This document shows positions 17,232-26,907 of a DNA stretch of 64,000 bases, in pieces (within the stretch, counting starts at the first letter, position 1; the number at the start of each line of letters is the position of its first letter). The DNA is from a virus. Position numbers and translations under genes: made by a program. The notes beneath the pieces were generated by a model. The model was not told the DNA's origin. It saw nothing but the letters and a program-made list of their open reading frames with translations, and ran no database searches. The stretch covers positions 1-64,000 of the IMG/VR virus record IMGVR_UViG_3300035034_001742. One strand, written 5' to 3'.

Positions 17232-17852
17232 ATGGAGTACCCAATGACAGATATGAGATGCTCACTCAGAGCAAAAGGTTCAGGCGCAGATATTGTGTTT
17301 GGTCCAAAAGGCGATCCCAATAACATACTATCACCACTGCGGCAGGTGAATAAACTGGTGTTTCCTTACACGCCTACTATACAGACTGGCAATACAGCTG
17401 AGTACGATGAGTATTCCTATGCACAGAGCGCATTTAAGTATCCGTCTTATGTTAAATCGTACCCAAAGGAAATTATGATCTCAGGCGACTTCACTGCTCA
17501 GACTGATTTAGAGTCAAAATACATGTTGGCAGTAATGCATTTTTTCAAGTCCATTACCAAGCCGTATTTTGGTATTTCAAATCAAAGAGCCGGGTCGCCA
17601 CCAGCAGTAATACTTTTTAACTACCTCGGTGATCAGCAATTCAAAGATGTTCCTGTGATAGTAAAGGATTACAGCTACTCGCTTGAGCCCAACGTAGATT
17701 ACGTGTTTGTCGAATCGTTTAACAGCTATGTTCCTACCAAGCTAAATGTGAGTATTGTGCTCGAGTCATACTTTAATCCTGCTATAATAAGAGACAATTT
17801 CGACTTAGACAAGTTTAAAACAGGCGCCCAATTCGGACGAGGATTCATATAA
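17232..17852 (+). CDS. Baseplate tail-tube initiator/cap-like protein (gp48/gp54-like fold)
   Basis: Motifs FPYTPTI, ISGDFTAQ, GSPP...FKDVPVIV; precedes the LysM wedge and hub genes. Confidence 0.65.
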   Translation: MEYPMTDMRCSLRAKGSGADIVFGPKGDPNNILSPLRQVNKLVFPYTPTIQTGNTAEYDEYSYAQSAFKYPSYVKSYPKEIMISGDFTAQTDLESKYMLAVMHFFKSITKPYFGISNQRAGSPPAVILFNYLGDQQFKDVPVIVKDYSYSLEPNVDYVFVESFNSYVPTKLNVSIVLESYFNPAIIRDNFDLDKFKTGAQFGRGFI

Positions 17853-18148
17853 TGGCAGATTTTCACAAGCAAACAAGTTTCTACAAATCTACACCAGTAA
17901 ACGATTTCTATTTAGGCCTATGGAATCCAATTGACGTACCGACCAGCATCAACGATCGCGAATATGTAATCGAAAGCAAGTACGAACAGCGACCGGATCT
18001 ATTTGCGTCACAAGAATACGGCTCCCCTAGACTGTGGTGGGTACTTGCAATGGCAAACAAGGACATACTAGTTGATCCGATTGGCGATTTCAATGCAGGT
18101 AAAATAATAACAATACCGTCCAAGGCAACAATCGAAAGGCTAGTATAA
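17852..18148 (+). CDS. gp53: Baseplate wedge LysM-like protein (gp53-like)
   Basis: Motif YEQRPDLFA..EYGSPRLWWVLAMAN...DPI.DF.AG..I.IP. Confidence 0.82.
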   Translation: MADFHKQTSFYKSTPVNDFYLGLWNPIDVPTSINDREYVIESKYEQRPDLFASQEYGSPRLWWVLAMANKDILVDPIGDFNAGKIITIPSKATIERLV

Positions 18149-20277
18149 TGATACCGTATCGCGAAGGACTAAAACCACAAGAAAATGTTGAAAATAAACT
18201 TGTGGCTAAACCCAGAGAAACCAAGACATCCGAAACTGATTTTTTACCCAACGTGCTCGATCAGTACGATAACACGACTTATAATCTCAAGCTGTTCATG
18301 ATATCAGAAGCTGATATCATCAGACGCAACTATGATACCAAAGACAGAGTTGTTATAGCCGAAACCGGAGTAACAACACAGATACTCATAGACGACTTAG
18401 AAATTAGAAGTTTTATTGCACCTGGAAGAAGCATCAAAAATCAGGAAGCCAATAAATTTAATTTTGTGTTACGGGAATACTACGGTGCTGGGCTGATTGA
18501 TAAAATTTTCATAGCCAGTACAGATCTTGGTATAAAAAATTATCAAAAGACTCCATATTTTCTCGAGCTAACGTTTGCAGGACGCCAAGTCGGAGATAGT
18601 TCACCGGACATCGAGTCTAAAGCATTGCGTTGGTTATGGCCAATATTCATAAGCAAAGTCGAAACAGAAGTCGATGCGTCGGGTTCGCGCTATTCAATTG
18701 AAGCAAATATATACGGAAACGTTGCCAACTGGGATGAATACGGCAGTATACCCAAGGGCATGTCAGTACAAGGCACAACTGTAAAAGAAGCTCTTACCGA
18801 TCTCCAAACAAAGCTTAATACTGCGGCAAGACAAGAAGCTGTCACAACCACTACTATTCCTGACCTATATTCGATATCAGTAGCGGCGGTATTTGGCGAT
18901 ATGAAACTCACTGAAGACAAGGGTACCAATGCCAGTGCCAAGACGTCAGCTGAAAAAAATGGCGAAGAAAAACGAGACATACGAACAATCGCACTGGACA
19001 AGCATCTACACATAGGCGAAGCAATTAATCGAATCATATCAGTTGCGCCAAAATATCAATCAATCAGTAAGAATACAAGCACTGCCAGTGAACAAGAGCC
19101 AAACGACGCCGAAAAAACAAAACTACTACATCGCATATACACTGATGCTCAAATAAATAGATTCGACTACGGAAGAGGTGATTATGCAAAGACACTTATA
19201 TATAACGTACAGCCGTACGAAATGACAAACTTGCAGTTGTCACCATCTGAAGCAATCGCCAATGGATTAAAAAAATACAAAGAGATACAAGGCAAAGGAC
19301 TAATCAGAAAGCAGTACAACTACATATACACTGGTGTAAATGACCAGGTGCTAGACTTCGACTTAAAGTTTAACTTTGGTTGGTATGTAAAGTTGCCCAG
19401 TCAAGGCGGCCTCGGTACTCAGCACTCGGGTGCTGAAGAAGGGCAACACATCACAAATGTGTTTAAAGAATACAGAAGACTGCGCGAAGAGATCAACAAG
19501 TCGCGTGAGTTGGTTGCAAATGCACCAGATACAAATTCGTTTGTTTTAGGAGGCGTTAATTCAACTGCAAACAACGAAACAGATCGCGTACAAGCCGAAA
19601 TCAATAACTCGAATATATCCGATGCAGAGAAAGCTCAATTAGAAAGACTGTTAGAGTCAGCTATATCTGCCAGATTGCCATTTGATCAGCAAAGTGCATA
19701 CAACGAACGCTATGCAAAATCACAAAACACCGGAAACAGCGTGAGACAAGATATACCACAGAGTGTAACACCCATGAATAGATTTGTGAGTGACTACAAA
19801 ATTAACAAAAAATCATTAGAGACTGCATACAGAAATTACCCAATAAGTTACGCCGAGAATAGAAAAGATACAACAGGTAGCGATTACAGTCGCAGTGTCG
19901 AAGGCAACAAAGGCGCCGGAAGACCGTATGTGAACAGCTTATTCGAACAGGCATTTGCAGGAAACACTGGAGACTTGGTAAATGTTGAAATCAAAATCAA
20001 AGGTGATCCGTATTGGCTAGAATCTCAAGAAGGTCAAGCACCACAGGGAGTGGTTAACACTCGCATCGGTCAAGTCAATTTTGTATTTAGGGTACAAACA
20101 GCAGATTTACCATCGACCACAACCGGGATAGTGGAGCACTCGAACAGCTCATTCAGTGGTGTGTACGGTGTCAAAGAAGTAGAACACAATTTCAGCGGCG
20201 GACAATTTACCCAAACTCTGTTCGCATACCGCGACCCGCAAATATTAATTACCGACGTCACAGGAGCCGACAAATAA
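18148..20277 (+). CDS. Baseplate hub protein (gp27-like)
   Basis: Motifs IKGDPYWL and SGVYGVKEVEHNFSGGQFTQTL; lies between gp53 and gp5. Confidence 0.68.
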   Translation: MIPYREGLKPQENVENKLVAKPRETKTSETDFLPNVLDQYDNTTYNLKLFMISEADIIRRNYDTKDRVVIAETGVTTQILIDDLEIRSFIAPGRSIKNQEANKFNFVLREYYGAGLIDKIFIASTDLGIKNYQKTPYFLELTFAGRQVGDSSPDIESKALRWLWPIFISKVETEVDASGSRYSIEANIYGNVANWDEYGSIPKGMSVQGTTVKEALTDLQTKLNTAARQEAVTTTTIPDLYSISVAAVFGDMKLTEDKGTNASAKTSAEKNGEEKRDIRTIALDKHLHIGEAINRIISVAPKYQSISKNTSTASEQEPNDAEKTKLLHRIYTDAQINRFDYGRGDYAKTLIYNVQPYEMTNLQLSPSEAIANGLKKYKEIQGKGLIRKQYNYIYTGVNDQVLDFDLKFNFGWYVKLPSQGGLGTQHSGAEEGQHITNVFKEYRRLREEINKSRELVANAPDTNSFVLGGVNSTANNETDRVQAEINNSNISDAEKAQLERLLESAISARLPFDQQSAYNERYAKSQNTGNSVRQDIPQSVTPMNRFVSDYKINKKSLETAYRNYPISYAENRKDTTGSDYSRSVEGNKGAGRPYVNSLFEQAFAGNTGDLVNVEIKIKGDPYWLESQEGQAPQGVVNTRIGQVNFVFRVQTADLPSTTTGIVEHSNSSFSGVYGVKEVEHNFSGGQFTQTLFAYRDPQILITDVTGADK

Positions 20278-22005
20278 ATGGCAACTCACACAACGACATA
20301 CAACAATAAACCCGAAGCAGGCATGTACGTGGGGTTTGTTAAAGAAGTAGTTGACGTAAAACGTGCCGGGAGACTCAAGGTATGGATACCAGAATTCCAT
20401 GGCAGAGAAGATGATCCCGGTGCTTGGATACTTTGTAACTATTGCTCACCATTCGGTGGTGCAACACCCTGGACTTCACTCTCCGAAAACGAATTTGATA
20501 GCTTTCCTAAAACTCAGCAGTCATATGGCTTTTGGGCAGTACCACCCGATAAAGAAAACGAAGTTTTGGTTGTTTTCCCAAATCGTGACTTGGGCAGGGC
20601 GTTGTGGATAGGAAGTGTGTTCAAAGAATACATGAATCACATGGTTCCGGGTGTACCATCGTCTACCAAGAACAAAAATTTTAAAGGCACTGAGCTACCG
20701 GTTGCTGAGTATAACAAATTTGATCAAGTTTCGGGAGATACTGCTAAACCGTTAGATCCGGTTAGGCCATGGCACAGAACCAGAACTGAGGCAATTGGTA
20801 ACCAGGGGTTAGTCAAAGATAAAGTACGCGGTACTAGCACAAGTGGAGCACAACGTGAGTCACCGTCGCAAGTTTACGGCATGAACACACCGGGACCAGT
20901 GCATCCTACTGTCGAGGGTGCTAGATTGGGCGGTAGTTCGTTTGTGATGGACGATGGCGAAGGCTCTGAGTACATTGGATTTAGGACACGATCGGGCGCA
21001 CAAATAAAAATTGACGAAACAAATGGCATCATGTATGCCATTAACAAGAAAGGTACGTCCTGGATACAAATGGACGAAGATGGCAATGTTGATATATTCA
21101 GTGCAGAGAGCATAAGTGCCAGATCACGCAAGGATATAAATTTCCGCGCTGATAGAGACATAAACATCGAGGCCGGTCAGAACATCAATGTAAAAGCGGC
21201 CATGGATACCGATGCAGAACTTGCAAATGTAGGCCAAGGTGCTGGACTTGGCGGTGATATAAAGATACAGGCATTAAATAATCATCATACCACAGTTGAA
21301 GAAAATCAATTTCATCTTATCAAAAACGGCAACTACGATTCGAAAATCGAAACAGGTAACTCTACCACATACATCGAAGGCACATCAAACGATACTGTAG
21401 TTGGCAATGTCATAACTGAATTTAGAGGGAACCTTGATAATAAAGTAGTGGGCAATCAAACAACAGAAGTTGCGGGCAACTTAACAGTTACCGTAGGCGG
21501 CAACCTAGTGTTTGATGTAGGTAAGGCAACAGAACTACCGGGTACATTTGGATTATCATCGTCAAATGTTCAGGTATCAACCGGCGGCGACATCGGCGGC
21601 AACGGAAATTTTATAGCCGGTGGACAAATGTTTGCTACTAACTTTAAAGCACCAGGCATTGGACTAGTAGGCCATATACACGATATATCCGCCTGGGTCA
21701 AGGCGGATACACACGGCAAGACAGTTGATCCAGGAAGTGCGGATGGTGGCAGTAGTTCAGCAAGCGGACCGAGTGGTTCTGCGCCAGGCGTCCCGGCACC
21801 ACCACTATTAGCAGAAGTTAAAGTAATGCTTGCCAAGACAGATATATTAGCAACATTCCCGAACACTTCAATTACTGCCAATGGCGGTAAAAATATAGAA
21901 ATACCAGACTGGTGGAATCGTGACATATTAGATGTAGAGACAATAGTCGAACGCCTAATGACATACGAGCCTTGTCCAGCACACTTAAATAAAGGTGACT
22001 CATAA
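20278..22005 (+). CDS. gp5: Baseplate central spike (gp5/VgrG-like)
   Basis: N-terminal OB fold (GRLKVWIP, SYGFWAVPPD), beta-helix repeats (VxGN) and an HIH motif. Confidence 0.85.
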   Translation: MATHTTTYNNKPEAGMYVGFVKEVVDVKRAGRLKVWIPEFHGREDDPGAWILCNYCSPFGGATPWTSLSENEFDSFPKTQQSYGFWAVPPDKENEVLVVFPNRDLGRALWIGSVFKEYMNHMVPGVPSSTKNKNFKGTELPVAEYNKFDQVSGDTAKPLDPVRPWHRTRTEAIGNQGLVKDKVRGTSTSGAQRESPSQVYGMNTPGPVHPTVEGARLGGSSFVMDDGEGSEYIGFRTRSGAQIKIDETNGIMYAINKKGTSWIQMDEDGNVDIFSAESISARSRKDINFRADRDINIEAGQNINVKAAMDTDAELANVGQGAGLGGDIKIQALNNHHTTVEENQFHLIKNGNYDSKIETGNSTTYIEGTSNDTVVGNVITEFRGNLDNKVVGNQTTEVAGNLTVTVGGNLVFDVGKATELPGTFGLSSSNVQVSTGGDIGGNGNFIAGGQMFATNFKAPGIGLVGHIHDISAWVKADTHGKTVDPGSADGGSSSASGPSGSAPGVPAPPLLAEVKVMLAKTDILATFPNTSITANGGKNIEIPDWWNRDILDVETIVERLMTYEPCPAHLNKGDS

Positions 22006-22033
22006 AAAAAGCGCCATTTAGGGCGCTTTTTTT
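22004..22033. terminator. Bidirectional intrinsic terminator
   Basis: AAAAAAAGCGCC-atttag-GGCGCTTTTTTT between convergent genes. Confidence 0.88.
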
Positions 22034-22045
22034 ACATCTTCTAAC

Positions 22046-22213
22046 CTACGATAGTCGTTTACGACATTCGGCTAATTCACCTTGCAGTTCTGTCACATTC
22101 CTTTCGAGTATGGTTTTTTCTACTTGTAGATTATGAACCATGCTTTCTAATAGCTGACATCGTGTTTGCAATTCGTTTCTCTGACGTTGTAGCTCTGCTT
22201 CCGCTTGTGACAT
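22046..22213 (-). CDS. 55-aa coiled-coil protein (not in ORF track)
   Basis: MSQAEAELQRQRNELQTRCQLLESMVHNLQVEKTILERNVTELQGELAECRKRLS; AAGG RBS; heptad pattern. Confidence 0.65.
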   Translation of the reverse strand: MSQAEAELQRQRNELQTRCQLLESMVHNLQVEKTILERNVTELQGELAECRKRLS

Positions 22214-22218
22214 GGCAA

Positions 22219-22449
22219 TTACCTTGCGACGGCTACCAGTGCGTTGATCTCATCAAATATATCGTTAAGATCTGAAGTCGGTGTGCTAAGTACAAACTTT
22301 TTAATTTTGTAATCGTACATTCCGAATTCCCACAGTTTACCGCTCTTGGAGTGGATTGGATAAAAGCGTCTGAAACCTAAACGTCCATTGATTTCATCTA
22401 CTTCGTCGACCAAACTATTAAATAGCTGGAAGTTGATTTTTTTGCCCAT
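22219..22449 (-). CDS. Hypothetical early protein
   Basis: GAGGA RBS; downstream of a sigma70 promoter. Confidence 0.7.
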   Translation of the reverse strand: MGKKINFQLFNSLVDEVDEINGRLGFRRFYPIHSKSGKLWEFGMYDYKIKKFVLSTPTSDLNDIFDEINALVAVAR

Positions 22450-22486
22450 ATATTCCTCTTATCTGGCAAAGTTAAACACAGCCTGT

Positions 22487-22515
22487 ACTTTAACATGGAC
22501 AGAATAGAATGTCAA
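22487..22515 (-). promoter_or_regulatory. Sigma70-type promoter TTGACA-N17-TAAAGT
   Basis: Perfect -35 box preceded by AGAGG, as at 9520. Confidence 0.72.
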
Positions 22516-22547
22516 CCTCTATTTTTTAAAACGGTGTTTTATTTAAT

Positions 22548-22555
22548 GATAAATA
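22548..22555 (+). promoter_or_regulatory. Late promoter GATAAATA for gp25-gp6-gp7
   Basis: Motif lies upstream of gp25. Confidence 0.72.
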
Positions 22556-22582
22556 CACAAAACAATAGGATTCAACTACATT

Positions 22583-22960
22583 ATGGCACGACAAAAGTTT
22601 ATTGGCTTTAGCACTTACGGAAAGTTACGCCCACCGTTTACACTGGTTGACATTGATTTGGTTAAGCAGGATTTGCTGAACCATTTCATGACACGCAAAG
22701 GCGAGAGAGTGATGCGTCCTAACTATGGCAGTATTGCACATGAGCTTTTGTTCGAGCCGTTCGATGACTTAACTAGACAGGAAATCATCGATGACACCAT
22801 GGACATAGTCACCAGTGAACCAAGGGTGAGGTTAATAGACATGGATGTACAAGAGACAGACTACGGCATTGGCCTAGCAATTCAATTAGAATTTTTACCA
22901 TCGTACACCGTTGATCAGCTATTTGTAAAATTCGACAGAAACAATAAGGAAACACTATAA
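22583..22960 (+). CDS. gp25: Baseplate wedge protein (gp25-like)
   Basis: Motif DLLNHFMTRKGERVMRPNYGS...LLFEP...EPRV. Confidence 0.92.
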   Translation: MARQKFIGFSTYGKLRPPFTLVDIDLVKQDLLNHFMTRKGERVMRPNYGSIAHELLFEPFDDLTRQEIIDDTMDIVTSEPRVRLIDMDVQETDYGIGLAIQLEFLPSYTVDQLFVKFDRNNKETL

Positions 22961-25900
22961 TGTCAGCAATCGTAAGACAATCAAATTTATTTGCTGCCGA
23001 GGACTTCGTAAAAGTATACAAGTCGTTCCAGGATATTAATTTTACTTCATACGACTTTGATACAATTAGAGAATCTCTAGTTGAATACATCAGAGTACAG
23101 TATCCAGAGGATTTTAACGACTTTACTGCGGATTCGGAATTTATTGCAATTATAGAATTGCTTGCATACCTTGGTACCAGTCTTGCCTTTAGAACAGACT
23201 TAAACGCAAGAGAAAACTTGCTAGACACAGCTGAAAGACGCGAAAGTATCATACGTCTAGCACGCATGATCAGCTATCAGCCCAAGCGAAACATTGCGGC
23301 CAACGGCTTGTTCAAAGTGCGTTCTGTTGCAACCAACCAACCAATTAGAGACAGTGCCGGAAATCAGATAAATGGTCTGAATGTCACATGGAACGATCCG
23401 AATAATCCTAATTGGTACGATCAGTTTACCAGCGTACTGAATGCGTCATTGAATCCGACCAACCAATTTGGTAATCCTAGTAAATCACAGCCAATCGGAG
23501 GCATACCAACTGACCTGTACGAGCTAAACAGTGTGCTGGGCATCAACGTTGCATACAATCAGACAATCAACATCAACGGTGAAGAAGTTCCGTTTGATAT
23601 TGTTAACCCTGATTTAGATACCACTATTGTTGAACGTCACCCAGATCAAAACGAAGCGTTTAGCATGATTTACAGAAATGATAGCCTGGGTGTAGGTTCA
23701 GCAAACACAGGATTTTTCTTAAAGTTTGTACAGGGCACGCTGGTTAGTCAGGACGTGAGGTATGATTTTCCACAGCCTAACCGAGTACAAGAAATTGAAG
23801 TCGAGAACATAAACAACTCAGATGTCTATTTGCAAGAAATTAATGATCAGGGTACTGTTCTTGAGAAGTGGGCCAAGGTGCCTAGTGTAAACGGAACAAA
23901 CATCATATATAACAGCATCAATTTTGATGAGCGAAATGTATTTGAACCTATATCAGGACTCAATGACACAGTATCAGTTAAGTTCAGCGATGGTAACTTT
24001 GGTAATGTGCCAAGCGGAATATACAGATACTGGTACAGAACAAGCATCGGCAGAAACATCATTGTTCGCCCTGAAGATGCAAACAACTTACAGCTTGCAT
24101 TGCCTTATGTAGGTAAAGACGGACAGCGTTACACATTGGCCGTATCGTTTGCACTTGAAAACACAGTTGCAAACGGCGCACCACCAGAAACCAATGGCCA
24201 AGTTAAAATAAGAGCACCGCAAACATATTACACTCAGAATCGAATGATCAACAACGAAGACTACAATGTCTTTCCGTTAACGTTTGGTAACGAAATACAA
24301 AAGCTTAGAGCAATCAATAGAACTCACTCCGGGCACAGTAGATATGTACCATTGCGTGACCCAACTGGGTTTCACGACGGTATAACTGTTCTTGGTGAAG
24401 ATGGTGCAATTTACAACGAGTTTAAAAATCAGCGTAGCAAGCTTGAACTTACTGCTACATTAACCGGTGAAGTATCAGTGCAAGCGTCATTTGCATTACA
24501 AGATGCAGTTGGTAATCGCAATTTAGAAAACTTCTTTTACACTGAGTATATTCCTGCTCTTGCTGGTGCTAACCCAGGTGAATTTGTGTTAACTGGCGAA
24601 GGCGCCGAAGTTTCGTTTACGAACAATAACGACGGCGAGATTACCGATATAATTATAGACAACGGCGGCACCAATTATGTTAATCCGCGTTTGAATATAA
24701 TTCGTGCGGATGCTAGTATCAGTTTACTTAATGCCGCAATCGAGTTCGTGACCAATGACGCCGGGGTGATAACGGGTGTACAAGACCTCGACAACGCTGG
24801 TCTAGGATACGATAGTAGTGTAGATACAGTTATTATTACCGACACAGTGTGGAAAACCGCACCCGATACAATTAAAAACGAAACTGGATTTTTTATCAAA
24901 GATCAGACACAGGGTTTACCAAGTGATATTGATTACATTAGTGACTGGCCATACGGCGATGGCAATAGCGGTTCGTACCCTAATATACAGGATACCACCG
25001 GTAGCCAAGTTGTTAATCGCGCCTATCGATATATTACGCCCGGTGCCACTGTTAAGTTTGTGAATAATCCTAACCTGCCATCAGCACAACAACAAGTATT
25101 CAATACATCTGTTGTCTCGATTAATAACTTCGGGCAAGCATACAATCCTTTAATTACCGAAACCGGCACAATTCAACTTGGATCCGATGTTAAGGACCTG
25201 TGGACGCCGCTTGAAGTTAGTCCTATGTTTAGAACCAGCTTTACTGCCGCAGAACTAACTGCAATACAAATTGAGTTTGAAAATTCAACATCGTTTGCAC
25301 TAAAATATCAAGTAGAAATAGATAGCTGGGTAATTATACGCTCAGGATACGATATTGAATCCAGTTACGAATACAACGACAGCGATCCAACTGTTAATAA
25401 TATTAAAGACTGGATGGTGTATGTAGAATATCAGCCAGCCGAAGGTGGCAACAATCCTTTTTACACATTTATAACACGTGGTATAGTAACAGTATTTGAG
25501 TCACTTAACGAAGTTAGATTCTACTGGGATCCTGATAACGTTGTTATAGATTCAGTAACAGGGCGTGCCAATTTTGATAAGATTACAGTGCTGGGAATTA
25601 ACGAAGGTGTTGTGCAATCGGTCGAGTGGGACTTGTCAGGCGTGTTCACTGAAAGCGACGGGTTCCAAGAAACATCAAAGGTGGAAATATCACCAACTGA
25701 TATCAACGAAGATAACACAGCTGACAACCCTGGTAGCTTTAGAGATATTGTTGGCACAAACAACGAAGTAATATTCGAGCGTTACTTTGATATTGACGGT
25801 TATCAAAGAAGTAGACCTTGGTTAACAGGATGGGTAAGTATTGGCGTTAATACAGACTTACCCGAAGCAGAACGCACTGTTATCAGCGGTGATGGTAATT

Positions 25901-26907
25901 CGATATTACGGGTTATTGATAGTAACAACGGCAATACTGCTGACATTTCAGTTGAAGATTACGGCTTATTTATATTTGAGACACTTGCAGAGCTAGGCGA
26001 AACAACAACCGACATTGATGCATTCAGCGCACCGGAAAACACAATGCAAAAGGTATTACAGGAATATATTAACGATCCGCTCGAAACTAGAACACTAGAT
26101 TTTCTCGAAGGCAAATCGTTTAGAGTAGGCGAACCTGATTCGGGTATATCAAATGCAGATCAATTTTATATATTTGAAATTGAGAAGAACGCGTCGGGCG
26201 AGAACATTGTTGTTATGACCCCGGACGATAACCATTATTCGAGAAACGGTAGATCGTTTACGCAGAACACCAATATGCCAATACGCGAATCGTTTTTCTT
26301 TAAATGGAATCATTACATATCTAAGAATCAAATAGTTGACCCAAGTTCAACCAATATTATTGATATGGTGGTGTTAACCAACTTGTATTACAACGATATA
26401 CTAGTTTGGAAATCGCAAGGCGGGTCAATATTAACAAAGCCTAAGGCACCAACAACAGAAGATTTGAGGGTCCAGTTTGCAGAGCTAAATAACTTTAAAA
26501 GCATATCGGATGAGATAATTTATAACTCCGGAAAGTTCAAAATATTATTTGGACCGCAGGCAGTAGACGAACTTCAAGCTACATTTAAAGCGGTCAAGAT
26601 ACCGACTTCAAAGATTAGCAACAACGAATTGAGAACTAGAATTATACAATCAGTAGATCAGTACTTTGACATTAACAATTGGGACTTCGGCGAGCAGTTT
26701 TATTATACGGAGTTGGCTGCATTTATTCATACGCAACTATCGAAGTTTTTGAGTTCGGTTGTTATTGTGCCAAAGCAAGCAGATTCGGAGTTTGGCAACT
26801 TGTTTGAAATATCATCAAGACCAGACGAAATATTTATATCAACTGCTACAGTAGCAGATGTTGAGATAGTTAGTAATTTCACTGAAACAAATTTGAGAAT
26901 TAATTAA
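22960..26907 (+). CDS. gp6: Baseplate wedge subunit (gp6-like), enlarged
   Basis: Motifs YDFDTIRESL, ENLLDTAERRESI..LA, FSDGNFG, TQNRMINNEDY. Confidence 0.88.
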   Translation: MSAIVRQSNLFAAEDFVKVYKSFQDINFTSYDFDTIRESLVEYIRVQYPEDFNDFTADSEFIAIIELLAYLGTSLAFRTDLNARENLLDTAERRESIIRLARMISYQPKRNIAANGLFKVRSVATNQPIRDSAGNQINGLNVTWNDPNNPNWYDQFTSVLNASLNPTNQFGNPSKSQPIGGIPTDLYELNSVLGINVAYNQTININGEEVPFDIVNPDLDTTIVERHPDQNEAFSMIYRNDSLGVGSANTGFFLKFVQGTLVSQDVRYDFPQPNRVQEIEVENINNSDVYLQEINDQGTVLEKWAKVPSVNGTNIIYNSINFDERNVFEPISGLNDTVSVKFSDGNFGNVPSGIYRYWYRTSIGRNIIVRPEDANNLQLALPYVGKDGQRYTLAVSFALENTVANGAPPETNGQVKIRAPQTYYTQNRMINNEDYNVFPLTFGNEIQKLRAINRTHSGHSRYVPLRDPTGFHDGITVLGEDGAIYNEFKNQRSKLELTATLTGEVSVQASFALQDAVGNRNLENFFYTEYIPALAGANPGEFVLTGEGAEVSFTNNNDGEITDIIIDNGGTNYVNPRLNIIRADASISLLNAAIEFVTNDAGVITGVQDLDNAGLGYDSSVDTVIITDTVWKTAPDTIKNETGFFIKDQTQGLPSDIDYISDWPYGDGNSGSYPNIQDTTGSQVVNRAYRYITPGATVKFVNNPNLPSAQQQVFNTSVVSINNFGQAYNPLITETGTIQLGSDVKDLWTPLEVSPMFRTSFTAAELTAIQIEFENSTSFALKYQVEIDSWVIIRSGYDIESSYEYNDSDPTVNNIKDWMVYVEYQPAEGGNNPFYTFITRGIVTVFESLNEVRFYWDPDNVVIDSVTGRANFDKITVLGINEGVVQSVEWDLSGVFTESDGFQETSKVEISPTDINEDNTADNPGSFRDIVGTNNEVIFERYFDIDGYQRSRPWLTGWVSIGVNTDLPEAERTVISGDGNSILRVIDSNNGNTADISVEDYGLFIFETLAELGETTTDIDAFSAPENTMQKVLQEYINDPLETRTLDFLEGKSFRVGEPDSGISNADQFYIFEIEKNASGENIVVMTPDDNHYSRNGRSFTQNTNMPIRESFFFKWNHYISKNQIVDPSSTNIIDMVVLTNLYYNDILVWKSQGGSILTKPKAPTTEDLRVQFAELNNFKSISDEIIYNSGKFKILFGPQAVDELQATFKAVKIPTSKISNNELRTRIIQSVDQYFDINNWDFGEQFYYTELAAFIHTQLSKFLSSVVIVPKQADSEFGNLFEISSRPDEIFISTATVADVEIVSNFTETNLRIN

